Source of the DNA: Phoronis australis
Taxonomy: Eukaryota > Animalia > Phoronida
Direction of reading: 5' to 3'
Length of the DNA stretch: 64,000 bases
NCBI GenBank assembly: GCA_002633005.1
Contig: NMRA01000374.1
Coordinates: 351,653 to 415,652 of the forward strand
The notes beneath the pieces were generated by a model that had not been told where the DNA came from, did no database searches, and was given only the letters and a program-made list of their open reading frames with translations. Position numbers and translations under genes: made by a program. Below, piece by piece: positions 26,734 to 43,292 of the stretch; the first letter of the stretch is position 1, and every line of letters begins with the position of its first letter.

Positions 26734-26735
26734 TA

Positions 26736-29700
26736 AACGTGAGGAAACTGTCCTTAGTTAAGTACGTAATCCTGTAAATACGAGGGTGGGTGGTGAAAAC
26801 GTTTCGGTCGACAACAGTCGCTGGCCTCTGTGAGAGCGGGCTGGGCATCAGAGCAAGCGCTGGGTATATCGCAGGGGTTGTCGTCATTAGAACGGTGGCA
26901 TCGTCCGGAGGCAGCGACAATGCTTGAGGAACAGGCGGAAGCTGAAGATCAGGAGGCAAAGTGACAGACGAAGAATCGGCGGACGGCATACCAACAGGAC
27001 GAGTATCAGTGGAGTACGGTACATCATTGTCATCCCGCGTCGGAGCTGGTGAAGGCAACTCGGCACGTGGAGAGAAAAACTCGGGCACAACATAGCAATC
27101 ATCCAGTTTGACTTTGTATGATGTGGAGCGTAGTTGCGAACCAACAAACTTGCGGATATAACACCAGTCGTCGTCGATGGACACTACCAAGTATCGATCA
27201 CGAGCCTTTGTCTTGTCGCGATCTACGTGAAGGTACACTAGATCACCAACAGCCAACGAGGNGCGGACGGCATACCAACAGGACGAGTATCAGTGGAGTA
27301 CGGTACGTCATTGTCATCCCGCGTCAGAGAGCTGGTGAAGGCAACTCGGCACGTGGAGAGAAAAACTCGGGCACAACATAGCAATCATCCAGTTTGACTT
27401 TGTATGATGTGGAGCGTAGTTGCGAACCAACAAACTTACCAAGTATCGATCACGAGCCTTTGTCTTGTCGCGATCTACGTGAAGGTACACTAGATCACCA
27501 ACAGCCAACGAGGTAGGGCGAAGCCGGTGTCGTCCCTGGGGATTCTTCGATCTTTCGCTGTGTGAATGATTCGCAGTCCAGGCACGGTATTGTTGTAAGA
27601 TCATTTCTCTGTCAGACACAGGGAGTTGTTCATTGGTATACATGCTGATTTCGCTGGAACCACATTTCTCGAGATGACAAACCGCGAGAGCAAAGACGGG
27701 AATTGAGTCGGGCTGTGGCGATGCTCAGACTTAGCTTACGTCACTGGACCCCCTCCAGGTTGCTGGCGTAACAACTTGTTCTCAAGTTCAGCAATTGCTT
27801 TTTCTGCAACGGGGTTCTTGTTTGTGTTCTTGACGCGACCAGCTTCTAGACGTATGCCAACTGAGTTTAACAGCTTGTCGTTCTGGAGCGCACAAAACTC
27901 AGGGGCAGTATCGACCCGGACAATGGTCGACAGTCCATCAAGTGGGAGTAGTTCTGACAGGAGTTGGACTAGAGCGTCTCGGAGCACAGTATGTGTCTCA
28001 GTGTAAATAAGACAAGTGAAGGAATATGATGTGACCGTTTCACACACAAGAAGAATCGAGCTGGTGCGAACACTTCAAGACATCTGCGGCAAAGCAAATG
28101 CCTGGAACCTCTGGCGGGTCAGTAGTCGATTGTGGGACAAAAGCACAGGGAGAGGCTTTCAGAGACGCACATACATGGCATGATTCAGAAACACGGTCAA
28201 TGGCTTTATCGAGATCTAACGTGTAGAAATGGCGACTGACAACCAGCTTCAGTTGATGCTTGGAAGGGTGGTCAAGCTTGATGTGAATGGCAGAAAGCAA
28301 CCCTTTAAGAACAGCCGGGGGCACGACAATTGTCTCAGAAGCACCTGATCTGCAAACAGGGGTTGGCTTCGATGTACAACGAGTAGACCATCACGGGAGA
28401 TAGTGGTAACCCTGAGGTAATGCTTCACGTCTGGTAAGGAAATGAGCTTCTTAGAAGGGCGAGTGCCCTGTTTCAAATGAGCATGGACACGTTGAAGATC
28501 AGGACATTCCAACTGAGTAGCAATCTAGGTGGAGCGAGTCGTAAATGGGAGACGAGTCGATCCTTGCAGGATGTCGTCAACGCAGGTATGTCTCACGACA
28601 GAATCTTCCGTGACAATGATAAACGAACATACTTGGCAATGTGGGTCACTGCAGTCGGGAGCGTTGCGACTCGTGAAGTCTGACGGAATGTTTGCGGAAC
28701 CAGCTACATGTGACAAGTGAACCTGGTAGCGGCTGACAATAGACAGAAATGAAGTTACACGAGGACTAGGTGAGAATTCTCCTCTACATAGTTTCTCTAC
28801 TGCCTGGACACACGGCTTACTGTCTGTGAGGTGACAAGTCCGATGCTATGATTGGATAATAAACGGACTGAAGTGTTTGATGGCAGCAGCTATAGATAGA
28901 GCCTCAATCTCGAACGGCGGAAAGTGTGCGTTTAATCAATTCTCCCGAAGTTCAGCCAGTATATGAATATGTATATGCATATGTATATGCATATATATAT
29001 ATATATAGCCAAGTGACTTGGTGTTTGCGAAGTTTAGCGATGTAAAACCCAGCAAGACACAGCTTCTGTCCACGTGTGACATAGAGCGTTGCCCCTATTC
29101 CATGACTAGTGACAGACCCATCCGTGACGATCCACAATTGGTCTGAGGGTCGAGGTAACAGGATGCTCTTGGCAAACGACGGTCTTGGTAGGTGAAAGAT
29201 GGAGGTTGCACCTGTCCAGGGCCTGGAGTACACAAGTCCATATTGTAAGGAGATCATCTGGGGTATCCGCGCCACAATATAAGTCTTCAGCCAGTTTTGC
29301 GACTTTGCCCTCTTGAAGAAGGTCTCCAAGGATGCGACACATGAGTTCTTCAAGTGCAGTTTCTGAGCCGGCAATACCCATGGCAGCACGGGTATAGACA
29401 CGCACCCCTTTAAAGGGAGTGCAGATGCTTCAGTATTTCACAGAAGAACAGTCCAATGGTATCTGGTAGAAGACACTGCTGATGAGGTCTGTAACGATGA
29501 GGTACCTCCAGCATACGATGGTGCGAAGTGTGGCATGAGGGACGGTTGGGGCTTGCCGTAACGACCTACATCCACGAAGGCAGTGACTAGACATAACCCA
29601 CCGTTTGGCTTCTTCACTAGAAAAGAAGGATTCAGGTACTCGACGGTGATGCCGATGTCCTCCGGTCGACAAAAGATACCTTCCTTCTCAAGATCATCAA

Positions 29701-32099
29701 ACTTCAATGGTTTGTAAATCCACGAGTTTGTAACGAGAATATTGTGGGACACGTCCCTTTCGCTGGGGTGGTTGAACGGGACCCATGTTCACCACAGCTT
29801 CGAATGGACTGGCAGACCCATTGTAGCCAGGAACGCGAGGGCTGAACACCTGGTTGTACTCATTCATGACACTGCAAAACAGTTGTCTGGTCTTAGGTGA
29901 CAGCAAACAGTCACGATCCAACACAACAGAGCTCGAATACTGTGTTGTAGGAGATTCTTTGAGAGTACGCATGGAGCTGGTTGGTGGTACAGAGTCCGTG
30001 ACTAGCTGGTAGTTCCGGGCAGTAGCGCAAACTTGACCAAACTGGTTGTTACGAGGGATGTTGTATGGATCCATGGAAGAGTTTACAATCCGAATCTTGC
30101 CGCCTACAGACTCAAATATAGCAGGCTGAGGCCATGGCTTACTTGAGTGGATGCCAGTATCAAGCCGTGGCTCAATGGCGAGGAATCCATCAAGATCAAC
30201 ATCTGGTGGGACGGTAATCTCCAAAAAAATCCCCTGGCCACAAAACTGTGGAGTACCTCGGTGATTGTAACAGATGTGACTGCGTGAGGCGGACAAGGTG
30301 TGGGCTTNCCATGGCTTACTTGAGTGGATGCCAGTATCAAGCCGTGGCTCAATGACGAGGAATCCATCAGGATCAACATCTGGTGGGACGGTAATCTCCA
30401 AAAAAATCCCCTGGCCACAAAACTGTGGAGTACCTCGGTGATTGTAACAGATGTGACTGCGTGAGGCGGACAAGGTGTGGGCTTGTGGCAGACTTTGTCC
30501 CAGAGCTGTAGATGATTATGTCAGTCCCTCGCTTTCCTCAGGTCGAACAGCGATATCGTTCGAAGTCATGAATGGGGTCCCAGCTAAAACATCGACGTCC
30601 AGATCGTCAACGACAAGCGCCTCGAGGAGCAATTTTTGTTCATTTCGGGAAACCAAGAATGATGTTTCTCCGACTACGGACAATGATGACTTGCCATCAG
30701 CTTGGAAAGCGCACTGAGTACTGGGTTTGATGGGGGTGTCGATGAACCTTGCGAAGGATGCAGTCGTCGTGATCGTCCACATTGGCGTCATCTACACTGT
30801 GGTCTTCTGAACAGGTAAGCTGTCGTACCTTACTCATGAAAAGACGATCTTGTGGTTGAAGAAATGGGCATTTGTTGAGAAAATGCTGTGTCTCCGCACG
30901 ACGAGCTTGCACACACAGGGGGCACGATGGTCTGCTAGTTGAGGTCCGTTTGGGTGTGTGGAAGTTAGAGCGTTTTGAGTCGACTTTGCTAGTACTGTTA
31001 CGTAGTATCTTGGCATCTGCAGCGTGTTTTATTTTGTCAAGCAACGAGCCCATAGCTTGAGAGATCTCTGGTTTTAGCGTGGCTAGGGTACGAGATCGGA
31101 GTTCAGTGCCGTAACATTGCTTTACTAGGTTAGGGAGGTCAGGATGAAGGAGTTTTAACCATGTGAGAACAACCATGTTCTCTAGTGTGGGGGTCAGCTC
31201 TTCATCTACGGTGACTACTTCGTCGTGATGTCGAATGGTACTGTGGGCCTGTAGTAGACTGTCTTCAACAAATGAGACGAGTCTTTGATACAGGTTTTCT
31301 GGTCGCTCATCAGCTTCGAGGACGATGTTGCTGAAGTCCAAAAAGTGAGCACCGGTAGACTGTAGGCCGTAATGAAAACGAATGGCTTGCCATAGCTTGG
31401 CCAGTGATGTGGAGTTCTTCACTATGGTATTGCAAGAAATTACTGGACAGTAGTTTGCCACTTGGCCAAGCAGGAGCTCCAGGTGTTGACATTTCTGAGC
31501 AGCAGTCCTCCTGTGATCTTCAGGGACGCTATCGCCGTCAGCGACCAAACCCCGGTGAGGTGAGGTAGGACTTCCTCCATGACACGCCGCCAACTAGGAA
31601 GTCAGCAACATTCTTGTCAAGGGATAGTATGTACAGTAGGTTCTGACGCCAAGCCTCAAAAGTTGTTATTGTCTCGTTCTTGGTTAACGACCATTGTTAG
31701 TCGCTCTCTGCGACATGTTGCAGGTGCGAATCAAGTGCAAAACAATGTCACTTGTCATGGTAATTGTGTGGACTAGTTGTAGTGTGAACTGGCTCGTACC
31801 CCTTTGAAATGGGATAGCGTACGCACGCTGCGGTAATTTACGGGGATCGGGCGTAAAGTGCGTTTATATAACGCACCACGCCAGAAGGTAATAGTATATG
31901 CAGAACAAACAACTGTGGACGAAACACTGAGGTTTATTGAGAGCTGAATAGAATGAACGATACCAGCACAAAATGGCAGATGGCAGAGAGAGAGGCCGGG
32001 CGCTGACTACAGCGAAACGACATCTGGCGGATTGGTGCAGCTTGGCGGGATCCCTTTGATCGTGACCCGAGCGCGACTCAGCCAAGGTGGATAAATACA
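26736..32099 (-). mobile_element. Decayed Gypsy-like gag-pol retroelement, 'LADD-type' family (copy A)
   Basis: gag starts at ATG 31716 (..[27 protein letters not shown].., LELLLGQVANYCPVIS, STGAHFLDF). RT reads [30 protein letters not shown]; RNase [19 protein letters not shown]; integrase HHCC (HIKLDH..CHVC) plus FAADV/RVDTAP/PVAEKAI; C-terminus PPSYLQDYVLN*. Many stops and frameshifts, and the protease active site is deleted. The right boundary is approximate. Confidence 0.88.
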
Positions 32100-32494
32100 G
32101 TCTTGCTCAATCTGCCAAAACCCCACCGTTTACCCTGATAGGCGGGGTGTGGACCAATCTTATTTTGTGGGAATGTTTATAGGATGCGTGCTCTGAAAAC
32201 TCCATTCAGTCAAAGCAATTGTATTCATTCCAAATCATCAACTCACAAAGATCAATTTTCAAGAGTGACATCAAAACCATATCCAAACTGGAAAATTCAA
32301 TTTTTAGTCTATGGCAATGTGGGTATCCTGCTGAATTGAAGCAGATCATTCTTTAATTCTTTATGGTCAGTTCTTAGAGGAAACCTGGCTATATCACTGA
32401 CAATTTAAAATAATTGACACTTAAAAACAAGCATACAAACAAGGTACTATACATTCAGACTACCAAGAATCATACATGTTTCTCTTGACATTAA

Positions 32495-33802
32495 AGGCAA
32501 AGGCAAGCTTTTTTCATGTCATTTTTAGCAAAAATAGGGTTCATTGATTATCCCAGACATATTTTTCACTTATTTACAGCTTTTCGTAATTTAATTAATT
32601 ACTCGTCGTCTTCTCCGGAAGTGACGTTTTGGGAGGCAAGAATTTCGCGCCAATTTCTTTTCATACAGTCTGACTGTGAGAGCAGTTGAGTCGGTCATTT
32701 TTCTACCTCGGTTGTGGTAAGTTCGGTCGTCGTATCTTTTGTTTAGGAGTCAGTCAACATGCCACCCTGTTGCTGCCTACCGAGATGTACTTGTTATCGT
32801 CTCACGTACAGAGGAAGAACTGTTCTACTTGCCGGGTGTCCCGCGACACACTCCCGACGGTGACTTGAGCACCCAAACTGCTTACATCCCACCGTGCCAC
32901 TCCCTTGTCACACACGTGGCACCTTCTAAATAGCTTCAATACAAGTCCACAATGAACTTATCAAACTTAGGTTCACCGATCTGTTCACTGGATGACGAAC
33001 TGTCCTTTTCACTGGGTGTCAAACTGGGCCTGTATTCACTCCCACTACTCAACATCGCTGCAGGACTGCTTACAGGCTCTGGGCTAGAGACAACGGCACA
33101 CGGGGAATCACTGCTAGTTCCTGGAATTTGCACGCTATGGGGTACGTTCGGAGGCATGGGTTACAGTAGATGAAGTGCCTCCAGTCACTGTTTATAGTAG
33201 CTACAGCTCGCGAGGCTTCTCGCTTCAAAAACGCACTTCACAGGGGTGGCGACGGGGCACTGCCAGGAATCAACAGCGACGGTATGGAACCCTTCTTCAG
33301 GCATTGTTTCGCAGGAACCTTCATCAATTCAGCGTACATATCTCTGTCGTAATCTGACGGCTGAAAATGCTTGCCACTGCTTTGTACGTTGCGTGAATGG
33401 GTAGCGCTGCGTTCTTCACCGAACGAGCTAGCCAAGTACGGCGAATGTGCCATTCTTCGGAAAGCGATGCAAGGTACCCAAAGCGCATGTGAGACGATAA
33501 TGAGTGCATCCTGGTACGCAGCAACAGCGTGGCATGTTGTCTGACTCATAAACAAAAGCAAACGACAACCGAACTTATCACATCCGATGTAGAACAATGA
33601 TTGACTTGACAGCTCTCACAAGACTGTATGAAAAGAAATTGGCGCAAAATTCTTGCCTCCCAAAACGTCACTTCCGGAGTAGAGGATGAGTAATTAATTA
33701 AATTACGAAAAGCTGTAATTAAGTGAAAAACATGTCTGGGATAATCAACAGACCTTATATTTGCCAAAAATGAAATGAAATGAAAAAAGGTTGCCTTCGC
33801 CT
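32495..33802. mobile_element. Kolobok-like non-autonomous DNA transposon with ~310-bp inverted ends and a THAP-domain remnant
   Basis: TTAA at 32491-32494 and 33803-33806; termini AGG...CCT; long imperfect TIRs. Confidence 0.8.
33238..33535 (-). pseudogene. Frameshifted THAP (C2CH zinc finger) domain inside the Kolobok-like element
   Basis: MPRCCCVPGC...LHRFP, then after a frameshift KHFQPSDY...LKKGSIPS, which fits THAP hallmarks (M-P-x-C-C-V-P-G-C, FP, HF, AVP-like box). Confidence 0.75.
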
Positions 33803-34007
33803 TTAAGTGATTGTCTCCCCCTAATGTGTCTGGGTAGAATTCCACAGCCACACACCATAAGATCAGAGAGAATCTAGACAATACAAAACAAATTTTAGGG
33901 CACTGTACTTAATTTTTGTGAGTTTGCTAGAGAGTGTGAGCCACAAAAGCACTGTGTCAGTTTGCCCAAAAGCTTTAACTTGTAGCCAATAAAGCATCAG
34001 TAATGCT

Positions 34008-37000
34008 GAACATCGCAACAGACTGCATAACATCACAACAGACTGCTTAACTGTAGTGTATTACTAATAATAACTAAGAAAAGAGTATATTTCTACTTAA
34101 CTAAAAACACGTGATCCCCAGAAGCCGTGCCACCAGAGACTTCTCGTGGTGATCTCACAAACTAGTGAGCAGGGTATACCACACTCCTAACTCCAACATG
34201 AGACTAACAAACCACTAAAATGTCCTTAAAATAAAGTTCGGTCACCATTAACACAAAAGTTCAAAGGAGAACTATAAATACACTTAAACTAATGTTCAGA
34301 AAAGTCACAAATCACAAATCCAATCTGTCCGGTGCCTTAGTAACACGAGTGGACCTGCGCAACGACACCGGTTCAGGTGACGCAGGTGCAGAGTCCGGAA
34401 ATCCTGAGTCCGAATGCATGTTTGAAACACTGACTGGTTCAGCTGGTGAATCACTAGCCACAATCGGTGCCTGGTCCGCAGATATCTGCTATGAATTAAG
34501 TTCAATGCGTTCAGGCATAGAAGAATTAATCGTCTGCAATAAGGTGATCAGCATGCACGAAACGATAATTGTTTCCATACACTCGCACTAATCCATTTCT
34601 CCTTCCCACCGCGAGTTTGCCGAACGCGCACATGTTGATAAAGATTGTACTGTCACAGTTCAGGTGTTTGACCATCATGAGTGGATTTCTGGCAACTCTG
34701 CTTCCTTTCCACAGATTCCTGTAAGTTCGGTTTCAGCAGGGTGAGGTTAGCACGTTTCAGAAATAGTTCGGCAGGAGTTTTGTCAGTGACAGAATGTGGC
34801 CTGTTGCGATATGAGAACAAGTTCAATAAGCGATGCGACAATGGCAAGCGTGTATCAGATTTGCCCAACACGTCTTTGAAAATCTGCACATAACGTTCCG
34901 CCTGTCCATTACTAGCAGGATGATAAATGGGACTGAACTTGTGCTTGACACCGTCAATTAAGCATCGAAATGTCTCAAATTCTGCGGATCAAAACTGTGG
35001 GCCATTATCTGACACAAGCTCATAGGGCAAGCCGTAAGACGCGAACAGCTGACGTAATTTCACACTAAATCCTCAAATTGTCCTTATCCAGGCCAGGCCA
35101 GGCAAATAAGTCTTGGGTATTAGGTAATGGATATTTGTCATCCTCTTACTGAGTGTTCAATAATTTGTAGTCGCCACAGACGTGAATAGTTGGACCGGAG
35201 GACTTCACTTTCCTGATGTTCACAGTGGGCGACGCCCAGTTACTATGTTCCACACGCTCCACAACACCACTTTGTTCCATGCGACTGAGCTCGACCTCCA
35301 CCGACTCCTGAATTGAATAAGGAACGGGACAAGCTTTTTGAAACGTGGTTTTTGCATTAGGTTTAAGCCTGATAGACACAGTGATGTCTCGGATTCCCTC
35401 GCCATTATCAATATACAGGTTTTTATACTTTGCGATAAGGAGATCAATATTGCGGTTCACAAGAGGGAATTCCAGTTAACTCCCAATTCTCATTTCCAAT
35501 TCCTACCAAAAAGCGAAGGACGGTTACCCTTAACCACAATGAGAGGCAATTTTCTCGAGGCCTCTTTAAATGTGACTAAGCCTCAATAACACCAAGCAAG
35601 GGCACGGGTACTTGGTCATACCCAAAATGAGTAACATTTGGAGGCTCCAGATGAAACTGCAAAAAACTCGCCTTGTAAAGGTCTTCACCGATGGTGGTAC
35701 GTGCAGCGCCAGAGTCTACTTCCATAGAAATGTCATGGCCAGCAACATTTACAGCTACATAAACTGGAGGCTCTTCACCAGCCCAACAGTATGCAAATTA
35801 TCAAGGTCACCAAGCCTCACGTTACTGATAGTTCCCGAATCAGTTTTAACATGCTGTGACTTACTGTCATAGGTTTAATATGTACAACTTCCCCACATTT
35901 ATAACATGTGGCACCTTTATGTCGACAAGTATGTTAATTGTGTTTACCTCCAGAGCGAAAACAAGAACCACTAGGCTTACTAACGCAGATGGGGTAGGAG
36001 TTACTTTGTAGCGGCTGGCACCACGGCCGTCGTACTAATTAGCGTAGACTCAGTGAACAGATGCAGGGCCACTCACCGTGGTAGAAGCCCCCGCTTGAAA
36101 CTTGTGTGCATCTTTAACAGACCACTCTGTCACACGGGCCATTTGCACAGCTTGATTCAGAGTCAGTTTGTCAACTTTTAACAGTTTAGTTCATGTCCCT
36201 TCATCCCGAAGGCCAAACACAAACTGGTCACACAGCGCCATGTTGAGATTATCCCCATAGCCACAAAGCAAGGACAACCGCCGCAGATCGGTAATGAAGT
36301 CAGTGACACTATCATGCTCCTTCTGAACCCGCCTGGTAAAATGAAAATGTTCCGAGATTTCCAAAGGCGTAGGTTCATAATGTTCCTCTCACAACTTCAG
36401 TATCTGTGAGTATGTTTTGTCCTTGGGAAGGTCCGGCGTCGTCAGACTGCGTAAAATACCATAGGCCTCCTGACCCATGAACGTAAGGATGGCAGACTCA
36501 CATATCGCCTGCAATGTCATTTAGTGAAAATACAGCTCGGCTCTCTCCACATAGGTACTCCAGAGTTCAGCTGATTGAGCATCAAACATTTTCAGGGTCC
36601 CAGATGGGTCATCCTCGTCGCCAGTTTGTAGTGTATTACTAATAATAACTAAGAGTATATTTCTACTTAACTAAAACACGTGATTCCTGGAAGCCACGCT
36701 ACCAGAAACTTCTCGTGGTGATCTCACAAACTAGTGAGCAGGGTATACCACAATAACATCACAACAGACTGCATAATGTCACAGCAGACTGCATAACATC
36801 ACAACAGACTGCATAACATCACAACAAACAGCATAACGTCATAACTGACTGCATAGCGTCACAGCAGACAGCATAATGTCACAACAGACTGCATAACGCC
36901 ACAACAGACAACATAACGTCACAACTGACTGCATAGCGTCACAGCAGACAGCATAACATCACAACAGACTGCCTAACGTCACAACTGACTGCATAGCGTC

Positions 37001-37400
37001 ACAACAGAGTGCATAGCATCACAACAGACTGCATAACATCACAACAGACTGCATAACATCACAACAGACTGCCTAACATCACAACAGACTGCATAACGTC
37101 ACAACAGAGTGCATAGCATCACAAAAGAGTGCATAACATCACAACAGACTGCATAACATCACAAGAGTCTGCATAACATCACAACAGTGCATAACGTCAC
37201 AACAGTGTGCATAACGTCACAACAGACTGCATAACGTCACCACAGACTGCATGACATCAAACAGACTGCATATTATCCCAACAGACTGTATAACGTCACA
37301 ACAGACTGCATAACATCACAACAGACTGCATAACATCACAAGAGACTGCATAACATCACAAGAGACTGCATAACTTTACAACTGACTGCATAACATCACG
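34008..37400. repeat. 20-bp minisatellite (GCATAACATCACAACAGACT)n, split by a Gypsy insertion (34008-34051 and 36753-37400)
   Basis: More than 30 tandem copies seen. Confidence 0.93.
34052..36752 (-). mobile_element. Internally deleted Gypsy (Mag-type) LTR retrotransposon with both LTRs
   Basis: LTRs at 34052-34183 and 36627-36752 (TG...CA). PBS TGGCGACGAGGATG at 36610-36623 (-) is complementary to the 3' end of tRNA-Ser(GCU). 5-bp TSD TTAAC/ATAAC. Remnants of gag, protease, RT N-terminus (VEHSNWASPTV..VCGDYK) and integrase (SDNGPQF, GQAERYVQ). Confidence 0.9.
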
Positions 37401-37418
37401 TTTCCTAATTTTTGATAA

Positions 37419-42316
<4,898 letters not shown>

Positions 42317-43165
42317 AGCTCATTCTGCTTTCATGTCCTTCACAAACTTTGGTTACAGCAAAAACTAATGCGCTTTCCAAAACTCAGATGTTGTCTACTC
42401 CTCACTGATGGGAAGTTACTTGGTCACCTGAGCAAATGTCGCCTATTACTGAAAGATATGGTGCTTTACAAGTTTTATAGATATCAAATGCTTTGTAATT
42501 CACCTGAATTCAAGAACATTCGTTAAATTTTAGAAAAGCTTGAATATTACATCGCAATTGAGAAACTGTGGTTGTGAGCACCCTGGAAGAAATTGTTCAA
42601 ACTGGTGTAGTTTCAATGGTTCAGTCATATGAACAAACTGGAATAGTTAATCAACGTGTCTTATTGTAAATTTGTGAATATGTAAATAAACAATTTATTC
42701 GATGGTCACTTTCTTTTACCAACTGCTATCGGACAAAGGCTCCATTTTCTACAATGTGAACTTGTGTGTTCTGTATTTTTGAATGCTCATGTTTTCGGCA
42801 GCTATTTCTTCAGAAGCTATGTGTTTTTAAGGCAACCAGTCTTCAGCTACTTGTTCTTTGTTTGAATTCAAAATTGTTTACGATAAAACGGCTGGAATTT
42901 ACATGAGAGCCCTACCGAGGTCTCAATGACGTCAGCTGAATCAGGCGTGGGGTATGTAGAAGCCAGAAGCTTGCCAAACGCGAGACTTGGCGAGACATGA
43001 GAACTAATGCAGAGCAATAGAAGGCGCACCACGAGTCTAACAAAACAGATTGGATAAATTCGGATGAGAGATGGAAACTATGAAATGCCTTACGTGTCCA
43101 CACACGACGCGCTGGACTACAGTTGAAAGCTCTTGGCTAGAGGAATTTGATAAACCCGTTGGGAC

Positions 43166-43292
43166 TTTGTGTTTAGGTATCATTTAGTATTTTGTAATAT
43201 ACACGAGGGTTTGTGTTTAGGTATCATTTGATATTTTTTAATGTACTTGAGGGTTTGTGTTTAGGTATCATTTAATATTTTGTAATATACAC
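43166..43292. repeat. ~44-bp tandem repeat (TTTGTGTTTAGGTATCATTT...), 3 copies
   Basis: Seen directly. Confidence 0.8.

Noticed and set aside
29479-29505. Other CTGATGA hits (also ~1750, ~10234, ~38650, ~50749) as hammerheads
   Set aside because: None has a stem II followed by GAAA and a closing stem; they are chance matches.
29697-30473. Apparent internal domain duplication in the copy A pol ORF
   Set aside because: The near-identical duplicate is centred on the single N at 30308, consistent with an assembly overlap.
36753-37400. CRISPR-like appearance of regular repeat arrays (also 1-161, 40425-40690, 41234-41732)
   Set aside because: Units are contiguous tandem copies with no unique spacers, there are no cas genes, and the context is eukaryotic: these are minisatellites.
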